Below are positions 18,836-27,793 of a stretch of DNA of 44,303 bases, piece by piece; the stretch's first letter is position 1; every line of letters begins with the position of its first letter. Origin of the DNA: Myxococcota bacterium (GTDB lineage: Bacteria; Myxococcota_A; UBA796; SXON01). Location: assembly GCA_040386535.1 (NCBI GenBank), contig JAZKFH010000027.1:1-44303 (forward strand), written 5' to 3'. The notes beneath the pieces are model-generated. The model saw only the letters and a list, made by a program, of their open reading frames with translations, did no database searches and had not been told where the DNA came from. The translations under genes were made by a program, and so were the position numbers.

Positions 18836-19405
18836 ATGTACGGTATGCGGACGTTGGCTTTCGGTTGCCTGTGCACGGGGATGGTGGCGGCAGGCGCGAC
18901 CTTGTCCGCCTGTCGCGGCGGCGGGGAACCGGACCCGCGGGAGTTCGCGGTGCTCGACACCGACGGGGATCAGTCGGTGACACGAGAGGAGTTCGCGCTC
19001 TGGGGGCGCGATCACGGGCTGCTCGAGACGTTCGTGAGCCCCGGGGAGAAGACCGTGGGCGAGACCGCCCTCGCGCGGGGCCTCTTCGAGCTCTGGAATG
19101 TCGAGGGGACTGGGATCAACGAGAACGAATGGACCGAGGGGGCGCGCCTCTGGCTCCCCGCCGCCGACCTCGGGTACTTCACGAATTGGGACGTCAATCG
19201 GAATGGCGTCCTGGACGAGAACGAGATGGTCGCCGGGTTCTCGCACTCGGGCGGATTGCGAGCCTTCGACGAGGATGGCAACGGCCAGATCGCGCCCAAC
19301 GAGCTGCTCGCCCAATTCCACCGCGTATTCGACGAGAACGGAGACGAGCGGGTAGACAGCGGCGAGTGGGCCAGCGGTCTCGAGCGCTGGAACTGGCCCA
19401 TCTGA
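18836..19405 (+). CDS. EF-hand-repeat lipoprotein
   Basis: GGGAGA RBS and LSAC lipobox. Ca-binding loops DTDGDQSVTREE, DVNRNGVLDENE, DEDGNGQIAPNE and DENGDERVDSGE. Confidence 0.8.
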   Translation: MYGMRTLAFGCLCTGMVAAGATLSACRGGGEPDPREFAVLDTDGDQSVTREEFALWGRDHGLLETFVSPGEKTVGETALARGLFELWNVEGTGINENEWTEGARLWLPAADLGYFTNWDVNRNGVLDENEMVAGFSHSGGLRAFDEDGNGQIAPNELLAQFHRVFDENGDERVDSGEWASGLERWNWPI

Positions 19406-19406
19406 C

Positions 19407-19430
19407 GGGCGCCGCCGGCCAACGGCGCCC
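19407..19430. terminator. GC-rich hairpin between convergent genes
   Basis: GGGCGCCG-N8-CGGCGCCC; no U-tract. Confidence 0.35.
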
Positions 19431-19463
19431 GCGGCGATTCAACCGTGGATCAGGACGACAGCC

Positions 19464-20909
19464 CTACTCGGCGTCGGCGCAACAATACAACCGGTACTTC
19501 ACGTACCCCGAGTACGGCCCGCTCCAGGAGCGGCCCGCGTCGAACGAGCCGCTGTAGGACACCCGGGTACCCGAGCTGTCCAACGACGATTGGGTGCCGT
19601 TGACCGGGGCCCACACCGCCCAGTAGGTCGTGCCGGCGGTGACGGAGACACAGGAGTCGAGGTCCGCGCCCTGCCAACTGTTCGCGCGGTCCATGGACCA
19701 CGAGCCGGCGCCCAGCTCGGTCTCCGCGAAGCCGTCACTGTCGGTCCAGATCGACACCGTGTTGGTGCCGGCCCCCTCGCCGGTGAACACCTCGACCCGC
19801 CCGATCGACAGGTCTTCCGTGGGGGTGAACTCGGCGCCGATCAGCAGGTCGGGGCCGCCCGTCGAGTAGCCGTCCTCGAACGTGTCACCCGTGTTCTCAC
19901 CGCCACACAACGTCAGGTCTTCGGGCGGGTCCTCGGGGTCGATGTCACACCCCTCGTCGATCGTGCGGTCGCAGTTGTTGTCGACGCCGTCGTCACACAC
20001 CTCCGCCGCGCGGGGGTTCACGGTGCTGTCGCGGTCGAGGCAGTCGGTCGCGTCCACCACGTAGCCACGGGGCGCGTCGCAGGTGGTGGTGGGAGACCCG
20101 GCGTCCCCGTAGCCGTCGCCGTCGCCGTCGGCGTACCAGGTGGCCCGCCCCTCGACGCTGGCGTCGGCGTCGTCGGCGAGGCCGTCACAGTCCTCGTCCA
20201 CGTCACCGCGGTCACACACCTCGGCCGCGGAGGGGCTCACGCCGCTGTCGGTGTCGTCACAATCGTCGGCGTCGGCGAGGTACCCGGCCGGCGCGTCGCA
20301 GGCCGCGATGCTGGAGGAGGCGTCCCCGTGGCCGTCGCCGTCAACGTCCGCGTACCAGAGCGTGGCGTCGACGAGGTCGTCGTCCGCCTCGTCGATCAGC
20401 ACGTCACAATCGTTGTCGATGGTGTCACAGACCTCGAGCGCGGCCGGGTTCACGGCGGCGTCGGTGTCGTCACAATCGTCGGCGTCGGCGAGGTACCCGG
20501 CGGGGGCGGCGCAGGCCGCCATGCTGGAGGCGGGGTCGCCGTGGCCGTCCGCGTCCATGTCGGCGTACCAGAGCGTGGCGCCGGTCAGGTCGGCGTCGGC
20601 CTCGTCGATCTGCGCGTCGCAGTCGTTGTCGACGAGGTCGCACACCTCGGCGGCGTCCGGGTTCACCTGGGCGTCGGTGTCGTCGCAGTCCGTCGCGTCC
20701 GCGATGGTGCCGGCCGGCGCCAGGCATGCCACGACTCCGGCGACGCCGACCTCCCCGAAGCCGTCGCCGTCGGCGTCGGGGTACCACGTGCCCTCGCCGC
20801 CTTCGCACTCGTCGGACACGACGCTGGTGTCGCCGGTGTCGTCGGCCTTGTCGGTGTCGGTCCCGGGGGTGGTGCAGGCGGAGAGGAAGAGGACGAGCAG
20901 GGTGTACAT
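19464..20909 (-). CDS. Lipoprotein with four MopE-type putative metal-binding repeats and a C-terminal beta-sandwich
   Basis: MYTLLVLFLSAC lipobox. Four WYAD.DGDG.G...C..P.GY..D..DC.D....V.P.A.EVCD..D.DCD units. Confidence 0.85.
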   Translation of the reverse strand: MYTLLVLFLSACTTPGTDTDKADDTGDTSVVSDECEGGEGTWYPDADGDGFGEVGVAGVVACLAPAGTIADATDCDDTDAQVNPDAAEVCDLVDNDCDAQIDEADADLTGATLWYADMDADGHGDPASSMAACAAPAGYLADADDCDDTDAAVNPAALEVCDTIDNDCDVLIDEADDDLVDATLWYADVDGDGHGDASSSIAACDAPAGYLADADDCDDTDSGVSPSAAEVCDRGDVDEDCDGLADDADASVEGRATWYADGDGDGYGDAGSPTTTCDAPRGYVVDATDCLDRDSTVNPRAAEVCDDGVDNNCDRTIDEGCDIDPEDPPEDLTLCGGENTGDTFEDGYSTGGPDLLIGAEFTPTEDLSIGRVEVFTGEGAGTNTVSIWTDSDGFAETELGAGSWSMDRANSWQGADLDSCVSVTAGTTYWAVWAPVNGTQSSLDSSGTRVSYSGSFDAGRSWSGPYSGYVKYRLYCCADAE

Positions 20910-20915
20910 CCGGAG

Positions 20916-20944
20916 AGGGTACGCGACGCCGCGTCCGTGCTCAA
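20916..20944 (-). promoter_or_regulatory. Sigma70-type promoter, probably leaderless
   Basis: TTGAGC-N17-TACCCT-N6-ATG(20909); no Shine-Dalgarno. Confidence 0.55.
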
Positions 20945-21006
20945 CAACGAAGTGGACCCTGACCCACGCTTGACGAAACACAGGCACGCGAGCGTACGCT
21001 GCACGC

Positions 21007-23166
21007 GTGACCGCCACCGAACGTTCGGCCCCGCTGCTCGCCGGCCTGGCCCTCTCGGGCGCCGCAGGCCTCGTGAACCAGGTGGCGTGGCAGCGTGGGC
21101 TCAAGGTGTTCCTCGGCGGCAGCGAGGCGCTCTCCGCGATGACGGTGGTGCTCGTGTTCATGCTCGGGCTGGGCGTGGGCGCAGGCGCCTTCGCCACACG
21201 CGCGGCCCGGGTCCGGAACCCCCTGCGCGCCCTCGGCATCGTCGAGCTGGCGCTGTGTGGCGCCACCGCGCTGGTCGGGCTGCTCCTCGCGAGCGACCTG
21301 TCCGAGTCGATCCACGCGGTCCAGCGCGCCGCGGTGAGCGCGGGCGTACCGCTCCGGCTGCTCTACGGCCTCGGCGCCGTCGTGGTCCTGGGGGTGCCGT
21401 GCCTGCTGATGGGCGTGACCGTCCCGCTCTCGACGGAGGTGTGCCAGCGCCAGCTCGGCGCGCGTGACGGCCGCGTCGTGAACCTCATATTGTTCGCGAA
21501 CACCGGCGGGGCCGTGGTTGGCGCGATCGCGAGCGGGTTCGTGCTCCTGCCGGCGCTCGGCCAGACCGCGGCCATCACGGTCGCGGGCGGGCTCAACGCG
21601 GCGGCGGGGCTGCTGTTCCTGGGGCTGGCCGCACGGCGGGCGCCCACGGGTGAGAACGAGGGGGCGGCCGAGATCGAGGTGGCGCCTCCCGCGAGCCTCG
21701 CCCCCACCTCCGACGATCGGCTCGGCTTCGTCATGGGCGTGCTCTCGCTGGGGTACGAGATGTACCTGTTCCGCGCCCTCGCGCTCGTCCACGAGCCGCT
21801 CCCCTACACGTTCAGCGCGGGGTTGTGCGGCTTTCTCGGGGCGTGGTCGATCGGCGCGTGGCTCGCGTCGGGGCGTCCGCAGCGGGTCGAGGCGGCCCTG
21901 CTCGTGTCGGCGATCGGCGTGGCGGTCATGCCCGTGGTGCTCGACATCGACCGCTGGGCCGTCGGGAGCGCGCTCTGGTTCGGCACCGCGGTGGCGAGCC
22001 TCCCGGTCGTCGGGTTCGGGTGGGCGTACGGTGGGCTCGTGCGACGCTCGGCGCGCCGCTGGGGGCACGACGTGGGGCGGTTCGGCGCGTGGAACACGGC
22101 GGGCGCGTGTGTCGGCATCGTGGCCGGGACGCTCCTCGGCTACGAGATGGCGCCCGTCGTGATGGCGCTCACGCTCGCGGCCGGCCTCTTCGCCACGTGG
22201 GCGTCCGAGCGGGCGTCCTCGCGCCTCGTGATCGTCTTCTCCGCGCTCGCGCTCGCGGGCGGCACCCTCGGCCTGCTCGCCCCGCCCGCCCCCACCGGCC
22301 CCCTCGTCGCCGCCGTCTACGATCGCGACGGCGCCGTGGAGATGGACGCGCGCGGCAACCTCATCTGGGACGGCCTGTGGCACTCGCGCCTCGCCCACGA
22401 CGGCGACCACGTCGGGAGCGCCAACTGGCTCATCGCGGCGATGCCCGCGCTCGTCCACGCCGGCCGCGCCCCGGTCGACGGCGCGCTCCCCGAGGATGCG
22501 CTCGTGGTCGGCGTCGGCGCCGGGATCACCGTCGGCACGCTCGCCAAGGGCGCGTCGATCGGGCGCGTGGACGCCTACGACATCAACCGCGGCCTCGAAA
22601 CGCTCCTGCTCCGCTACTCCACCGAGACCCTGAACGTCGCGACCGATCCCCGCGTTCGGCTCCTCTGGCAGGACGGCCGCTCGGGCCTCGCGCTGCGTCC
22701 GGAGCGCTACGATCTCGTCACCCAGCAGCCCCTCTACCTGCGGCAAGCCGGCTCCAGCCTGCTCCTCTCCGCGGAGTATTTCCGGCTCGTGCAGCGGCGC
22801 CTGAAGCCCGGCGGCGTGTTCGCCATCTACGCCAACGCGCACGGCGTCGAGGCGCAGGCCGCGCTCGTACGGCGCACCGCGGCGTCCGTCTTCGCGCACC
22901 AGCTCACGGTCGACAACGGCTACATGATCCTCGCCTCCGACACCCCGATCGTCGCGACGGCAGCGTCGTTCAAAGCGCGGATGGATCGCGGCGACGCGCT
23001 CGGCCGGGAGATGGCGGCCTTCGATGCGCGGGCCCGCGCGGCCGGCGAGCCGACGTTGTTCGAGCGCGTCGACGCGCCCCGGACCGAGCCGCCCGGCGGG
23101 ATCATCCGCGACGATCACCCGCTGGTCGAGTACCCGGGCTGGGCCACGGTGCTGGCGGGCGGGTAG
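21007..23166 (+). CDS. Membrane-fused spermidine-synthase-like SAM-dependent transferase
   Basis: Two TM blocks (QVAW.R.L...LG, ANT.GA..G, YE...R.L, NT.G...G) followed by LVVGVGAGIT, DGR..L, YDLV and LKPGG. Confidence 0.85.
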   Translation: MTATERSAPLLAGLALSGAAGLVNQVAWQRGLKVFLGGSEALSAMTVVLVFMLGLGVGAGAFATRAARVRNPLRALGIVELALCGATALVGLLLASDLSESIHAVQRAAVSAGVPLRLLYGLGAVVVLGVPCLLMGVTVPLSTEVCQRQLGARDGRVVNLILFANTGGAVVGAIASGFVLLPALGQTAAITVAGGLNAAAGLLFLGLAARRAPTGENEGAAEIEVAPPASLAPTSDDRLGFVMGVLSLGYEMYLFRALALVHEPLPYTFSAGLCGFLGAWSIGAWLASGRPQRVEAALLVSAIGVAVMPVVLDIDRWAVGSALWFGTAVASLPVVGFGWAYGGLVRRSARRWGHDVGRFGAWNTAGACVGIVAGTLLGYEMAPVVMALTLAAGLFATWASERASSRLVIVFSALALAGGTLGLLAPPAPTGPLVAAVYDRDGAVEMDARGNLIWDGLWHSRLAHDGDHVGSANWLIAAMPALVHAGRAPVDGALPEDALVVGVGAGITVGTLAKGASIGRVDAYDINRGLETLLLRYSTETLNVATDPRVRLLWQDGRSGLALRPERYDLVTQQPLYLRQAGSSLLLSAEYFRLVQRRLKPGGVFAIYANAHGVEAQAALVRRTAASVFAHQLTVDNGYMILASDTPIVATAASFKARMDRGDALGREMAAFDARARAAGEPTLFERVDAPRTEPPGGIIRDDHPLVEYPGWATVLAGG

Positions 23167-23330
23167 GGCAGGGGATTCCGATCCGAGAGGGGAGCTGGGC
23201 AGACGGACCGCGCCGAGCCGCGGCCGCTGCGGCGGCGGGTTTGGAGGGGCGAGCGGCGTAACGAAATGTTTCGTCGCCACCGAATGCCCGAGCATGGGGC
23301 GCGTCTGTTTCCGGTTCGCCGGAGATTTTC

Positions 23331-24776
23331 ATGCGTTTGTCGATCGGACTGGTGTTCCTCGCGGGGTGTGCAGACCCCCCCTCCAAATCCGGCGACCCCG
23401 ACGTCGCCGAGCCCTGCGCCACCTTCGACGAGCTGGCGATCACCAACCCCGACGGCCTCGCCCCGGTCGACGTGATGGCCGAGGTGACCGGCGCGGTCGA
23501 CCAATTCACCGCGTGGAGCGCCGAGGGCGGGCTCTGTGTCGCCGAGGTGCGGGTCGAGGACATCCCGACCGAGGAGGACGTCGGTGGGACGTACCGGGGC
23601 GCGCTCATTCGCATCGACTACGCCGGGAACACCAACATCGAGCGCACCGTCTTCCACGAGCTCTGCCACGCCGCGGACGCGCAGGCAGGCTGGTTCTCGG
23701 AGACGAAGCCCGAGTGGTTCGGCGCCGACGAGCCCCATGAGGGGTTCGCCTGGGCGTGCGCGGAGGGCCCGCGGTCGGTGTCCCTGCTCGAAGGGGTGGA
23801 GGCGGTGTGTGACGCCGATCTCGGCTCGGCCCGGCAGCGCTACCTGAACGACGAGGTGTTCGGCGCCGCCGCGGTCGAGAGCGAGCCCCCGACCGGCACC
23901 GTCGTGCTCTCCGTCGACCGCCGCACGATCGCCGGGCTCTCCGACGACACGAGCGGATGGGCCTACGCCGGGGGCACGGCGGTGTACCAGGAGGATGCCA
24001 CCCGGGACGCCGACGGGGTGCGCCACCTCGACCTGATGCAGGTCGACCTCGCCACGGCCACCAGCCGCCGGGTCGACGGCATCGAGGTCCCCGACGGGCG
24101 CGACGCGCGGGTGTTCGCCTCGGACGCCGGCCCCTTGCTCGTCGTGGAGGGGGACGCGCGCGGGTGGCAGGTGGACGAGGCGAGCGGCGTCGTGGTGGAG
24201 GTGGCGTTCGCCGTGTTCCACGACCTCGACGAGGGCGCGGTCGTCGACGGCGCCGCGTGGGTGCTCGGCACCGCGGACGCCGAGGGGACGCCGACGTTCT
24301 CGCGGGTGGACCTCGCGACCGGCGCGCGGACCGTGCTCGCGTGGCCGGAGGGCGTGTCCTCGTGGCTCCCGAACCCCGACCAGGACGGGCTCGCGGGGGC
24401 CGCCCGCCTCGACGCGGGGGGCCGCGTCTGGCTCGAGTACGCGCCCGACACCGGCGTCTGGACGCGCGCCGCTACGCCCGCCGGGTGGATCGGTGGGGAG
24501 CGGATGACGCTCGCGGACGGCCGCGTCCTCGCGACATGGTCCGACCAGGTGGGCGTCGACGTCTTCGAGCGCGCCGGGCTCGCGGTGCTCGACCCCACGA
24601 GCGGCGCGTGGTGGCTGCCCGATCAGCCCTGCAACGAGGACGCCATCGGCCTGAGCCAGCAATTGTTGTCGGTCGGCGGCGAGCCCTGGTTGTGGGAGTA
24701 CCCCACCGGGTGGGCGGGCAGCGAGGTGTCCGGCGGCGAGGGGCAGGCGCTCACGCGGATCGTCATCGACGGGTGA
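23331..24776 (+). CDS. Lipoprotein with an HExxH zincin-like domain and a C-terminal beta-rich region
   Basis: GGAGA RBS and FLAGC lipobox. VFHELCHAAD followed by HEGFA. Confidence 0.7.
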   Translation: MRLSIGLVFLAGCADPPSKSGDPDVAEPCATFDELAITNPDGLAPVDVMAEVTGAVDQFTAWSAEGGLCVAEVRVEDIPTEEDVGGTYRGALIRIDYAGNTNIERTVFHELCHAADAQAGWFSETKPEWFGADEPHEGFAWACAEGPRSVSLLEGVEAVCDADLGSARQRYLNDEVFGAAAVESEPPTGTVVLSVDRRTIAGLSDDTSGWAYAGGTAVYQEDATRDADGVRHLDLMQVDLATATSRRVDGIEVPDGRDARVFASDAGPLLVVEGDARGWQVDEASGVVVEVAFAVFHDLDEGAVVDGAAWVLGTADAEGTPTFSRVDLATGARTVLAWPEGVSSWLPNPDQDGLAGAARLDAGGRVWLEYAPDTGVWTRAATPAGWIGGERMTLADGRVLATWSDQVGVDVFERAGLAVLDPTSGAWWLPDQPCNEDAIGLSQQLLSVGGEPWLWEYPTGWAGSEVSGGEGQALTRIVIDG

Positions 24777-24800
24777 GCCATCGGACGCGACGGGCGCCGG

Positions 24801-25586
24801 TCACCGCAGGTCCATCCGTCCCAACGTCCATCCGCCGAGCCGCACCAGCGTCGCGGACGCCACCCCCGCCACGAGGAGCCCCACCGCCGCGACGATCGGC
24901 ATGGCGCCGTCGTGCCAGAGCAGGTTGGCCGGGGCCACGAGCGCGGTGGTGAGCGCCGCGGAGCCATCGAACAGGTCGGGCCGGTAGATGAAGGCCGAGG
25001 CGGGCAGGAGCGGCAGCACCCACACGATGAAGGCGACCATCAAGGCGGCGAAGCCGTCGGAGATGCGGAGGAACACCACGTTCACCGCCGCGAGCTGGAG
25101 GATGGTGGCGGCCGTGACGACCAGCCCGGCCCCGAAGGCGCCCAGCGCCGTCCCGTCGGCACCGGCGGCCTCGTACGGCAGCATCGCCAGGGCACACCCC
25201 ACCGAGAGGATCGCGCCGAGCACCCCCGTCGAGATCAGCACCGGCGTGGTGCGCGCCGCGAGGAACGTGGCGGGCGCGATGGGCTTGGTGAGGAGCAGAT
25301 CGAGCTGGCGCTCCTCGCGCGGGGCCACGATCACCTGGAGCAGCTGCGAGACGCCGACGAAGAAGAGCACGGTCGAGAGCGCGAGGTAGTCGTTCAGCAG
25401 CACGACGGCGCCGAGGCCGCGGACGCGGAAGGCCTGCTCCAGCAGCCCGATCGCGGGCGCGGGGACGAGCGGCATGACGATCTGGGTGGCGACGAGGAGG
25501 GCGAGACCGGCGACGAGGCCGACGAGCGGGGCGCGGCCGAGCGCGTGGCGCGCCTCGAGCCGACGGTAGCGGGCGAGCGTGGCCAT
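24801..25586 (-). CDS. ABC-2 type transporter permease
   Basis: About 6 TM segments; REERQLDLLLTKPI....FL.AR. Confidence 0.82.
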   Translation of the reverse strand: MATLARYRRLEARHALGRAPLVGLVAGLALLVATQIVMPLVPAPAIGLLEQAFRVRGLGAVVLLNDYLALSTVLFFVGVSQLLQVIVAPREERQLDLLLTKPIAPATFLAARTTPVLISTGVLGAILSVGCALAMLPYEAAGADGTALGAFGAGLVVTAATILQLAAVNVVFLRISDGFAALMVAFIVWVLPLLPASAFIYRPDLFDGSAALTTALVAPANLLWHDGAMPIVAAVGLLVAGVASATLVRLGGWTLGRMDLR

Positions 25587-25587
25587 T

Positions 25588-26355
25588 TCAGGCCTCCATC
25601 CGGCGCGCGAAACCGGCGCCGATGCCGAGGGTGACGCCGACCAGCCCGACCAGCGCGAGCAGCGGGGGCAGGATGTGGACGAGGGCGAGATCGTCGACGT
25701 GGGCGAGCGCCTGCACGCCGAGCGAGAAGGGGTTCACCAGGGCGTAGGTGGCCCAGGCCGGGTTGTAGAAGCCGATGAAGGACGCGCCGATGAGCGAGAA
25801 CACGGTCAGCAGGGTCACCAGCGCGGCGAGGCCGCGGCGCCGCACCACGACGGAGACGGTGGCCGCCAGCGCGGTGGCGAACAGCGCCGCCCAGAGGTGC
25901 AGCGCCATCGAGACGAGGTAGGCGCCGAGCCGGAAGCCGTCGACGGTGTAGGCGAACCAGGGCGCGCCGAGCACGTGGGCGCCGACGTAGAGCGTGGTCA
26001 TGACGCCGAGCGCGCTGCACGCGCGGACGAGGAAGTAGCGGGCCGGCGTGATCGGCTTGGCCCAGAGCACGGGCAGCAGGTGCAGGTCCCGCTCGCGCGT
26101 GACGAGCCCGCCCGCGAGCACCACGGCGACCACCGCGAGGAGCTTGTTGAGGGCCAGGTCGGTCCACAGGTAGAGGAACAGGGCGAACGGATCGCCGGTG
26201 CCGAACCAGCTGGTGACCGCCGCGACGACGTGCGCCGGCGGCTTCGACAGCAGCGCCGGGACCATCAGCACGGCGTACACGAAGAGGCCCGCGGCCACGA
26301 GCACCTTGCGCTCGCGGAGGGCGGCCCGGAAGTCGAGCCAGGCAAACCGGGTCAT
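25588..26355 (-). CDS. ABC-2 type transporter permease
   Basis: About 6 TM segments; RERD...L.VLW.KPIT...YF..R. Confidence 0.82.
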   Translation of the reverse strand: MTRFAWLDFRAALRERKVLVAAGLFVYAVLMVPALLSKPPAHVVAAVTSWFGTGDPFALFLYLWTDLALNKLLAVVAVVLAGGLVTRERDLHLLPVLWAKPITPARYFLVRACSALGVMTTLYVGAHVLGAPWFAYTVDGFRLGAYLVSMALHLWAALFATALAATVSVVVRRRGLAALVTLLTVFSLIGASFIGFYNPAWATYALVNPFSLGVQALAHVDDLALVHILPPLLALVGLVGVTLGIGAGFARRMEA

Positions 26356-27101
26356 GCGGCCGCCTTCCGGACGAGGGCCAGGTACAGGTCGTCCATGCTG
26401 GCGACGCCGTACCGGTCCTTGAGGGCCCGCGTGGTGTCGCAGGCGATGAGGCGGCTGTGGTGCATCACCGCGACGCGATCACACAAGGTCTCCACGTCGG
26501 AGAGGATGTGCGAGGAGAACACGACGGTGACGCCGCGCTCGACCGACAGGCCGCGGAGGAGCTCGAGCAGCTCGTGCCGCCCGAGGGGATCGAGGCCGGC
26601 GGTAGGCTCGTCGAGCAGGAGCACGCGCGGCTCGTTCACCAGGGCCTGGGCCAGCCCGACCTTCTGGGTCATGCCGGTCGAGAACCCGCGCAGCTTGCGG
26701 TCGGCGGCCTCGCGCAGGCCGAAGCGGTCGATCAAGGCGGTCACGCGGGCGTCGGCCACGGCGGCGGGCAGGTCGAACATCGCGGCCACGTAGGTGAGGA
26801 ACTGGCGGGCCGTCATCTCGGCTGGGAGCGCGTAGCTCGCGGGCAGGAACCCGCAGGCGCGCCGCACGTCGAGGCTCGCGGCCACGATGTCGTGGCCGGC
26901 CACGGTCGCGCTGCCCGAGGTGGGCGGCGTGAGGCCGAGCAGCATGCGCAGGGTGGTCGTCTTGCCGGCGCCGTTGTGGCCCATGAAGCCGAAGATCTCG
27001 CCGGTGCCGACGGTGAGGTGCACGTCGTCGACGGCGGTGAAGGCGGCGGGACCCGCGCCGAAGCGCTTGGTCAGGCCACGGATGTCGATGGAGGGGGTCA
27101 T
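26352..27101 (-). CDS. ABC transporter ATP-binding protein
   Basis: Walker A GHNGAGKTT, signature FSTGM, Walker B LLLDEP, H-loop SSH. Confidence 0.95.
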   Translation of the reverse strand: MTPSIDIRGLTKRFGAGPAAFTAVDDVHLTVGTGEIFGFMGHNGAGKTTTLRMLLGLTPPTSGSATVAGHDIVAASLDVRRACGFLPASYALPAEMTARQFLTYVAAMFDLPAAVADARVTALIDRFGLREAADRKLRGFSTGMTQKVGLAQALVNEPRVLLLDEPTAGLDPLGRHELLELLRGLSVERGVTVVFSSHILSDVETLCDRVAVMHHSRLIACDTTRALKDRYGVASMDDLYLALVRKAAA

Positions 27102-27739
27102 GTCTCGAAGCTCCGGGTGGGAGAGGGGGGCGCCGCGATGCCGGCGATGAACACGTCGATCACGCCGTCGAGCAGCCGCTCGCGGGGGAGCCGGCCGTGG
27201 GTCGCCGTGCGCGCGTGCATGTGGATGGTGCGGAGGGCGCCGAGCACGAAGGGCAGGGCCTCGCGGTCGAGGTCGGCGCGCAGCTCGCCGGCGGCGATGC
27301 CCTCGTCGATCCAGCCGCGGAGCATGGCGATCTGGGCGTCAGCCTGCTGCTGCTGGTCCGCGTGCGCGGCGATGGGCTTGAGCGCCTCGAGCTCGGGATC
27401 CTCGTGCGCGAGCCGCTCGAAGAGGGGCTCCTGGTCCATCTCGCGGAAGGTGAACCGCAGCGTGGCGCGCAGGCGCTCGAGCGGGGAGGCCACGCCGAGC
27501 ACCTCCCGCGCGTAGCGGGCCCCGGTGGCCGCGAGCACCTCGAGCACCACCTCGCGCAGCAAGGTCTCCTTGCTGTCGAACTCCAGGTACACCGCGCCCT
27601 TGGCACACCCGGCGTCCACGGCGATGGCTTCGAGCCGTGTTCCCCGGAACCCTCCGCGGGTGAAGTGCGCCTTGGCCGCGTCGAGAATGCGACGGCGGCG
27701 GCCGGGATCGCGGGAGGAGGGCTTGTCGCTCGGCTTCAT
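27098..27739 (-). CDS. TetR/AcrR family transcriptional regulator
   Basis: RILDAA...F...GF..T....IA..AG.AKGAVYL.F.SKE HTH. ATG27739 is preferred because the upstream in-frame region is a promoter. Confidence 0.92.
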   Translation of the reverse strand: MKPSDKPSSRDPGRRRRILDAAKAHFTRGGFRGTRLEAIAVDAGCAKGAVYLEFDSKETLLREVVLEVLAATGARYAREVLGVASPLERLRATLRFTFREMDQEPLFERLAHEDPELEALKPIAAHADQQQQADAQIAMLRGWIDEGIAAGELRADLDREALPFVLGALRTIHMHARTATHGRLPRERLLDGVIDVFIAGIAAPPSPTRSFET

Positions 27740-27741
27740 GT

Positions 27742-27775
27742 TGACCAGAATAGCGAATCCGGTCATGTCGGTCAA
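27742..27775 (-). promoter_or_regulatory. Sigma70 promoter overlapped by an imperfect palindrome (putative TetR operator)
   Basis: Minus strand TTGACC-N17-TATTCT-N7-ATG. Palindrome TGACCAGAAT-AGCG-AATCCGGTCA at 27742-27765 (8 of 10 arm positions match). Confidence 0.7.
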
Positions 27776-27793
27776 CTACAAACGGACGGGGCG

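Noticed and set aside
21007..23166. Missing catalytic Asp (YDLVTQQP) in the spermidine-synthase-like domain as a novelty
   Set aside because: Substitution at this position is common in the membrane-fused family, so it is not distinctive.
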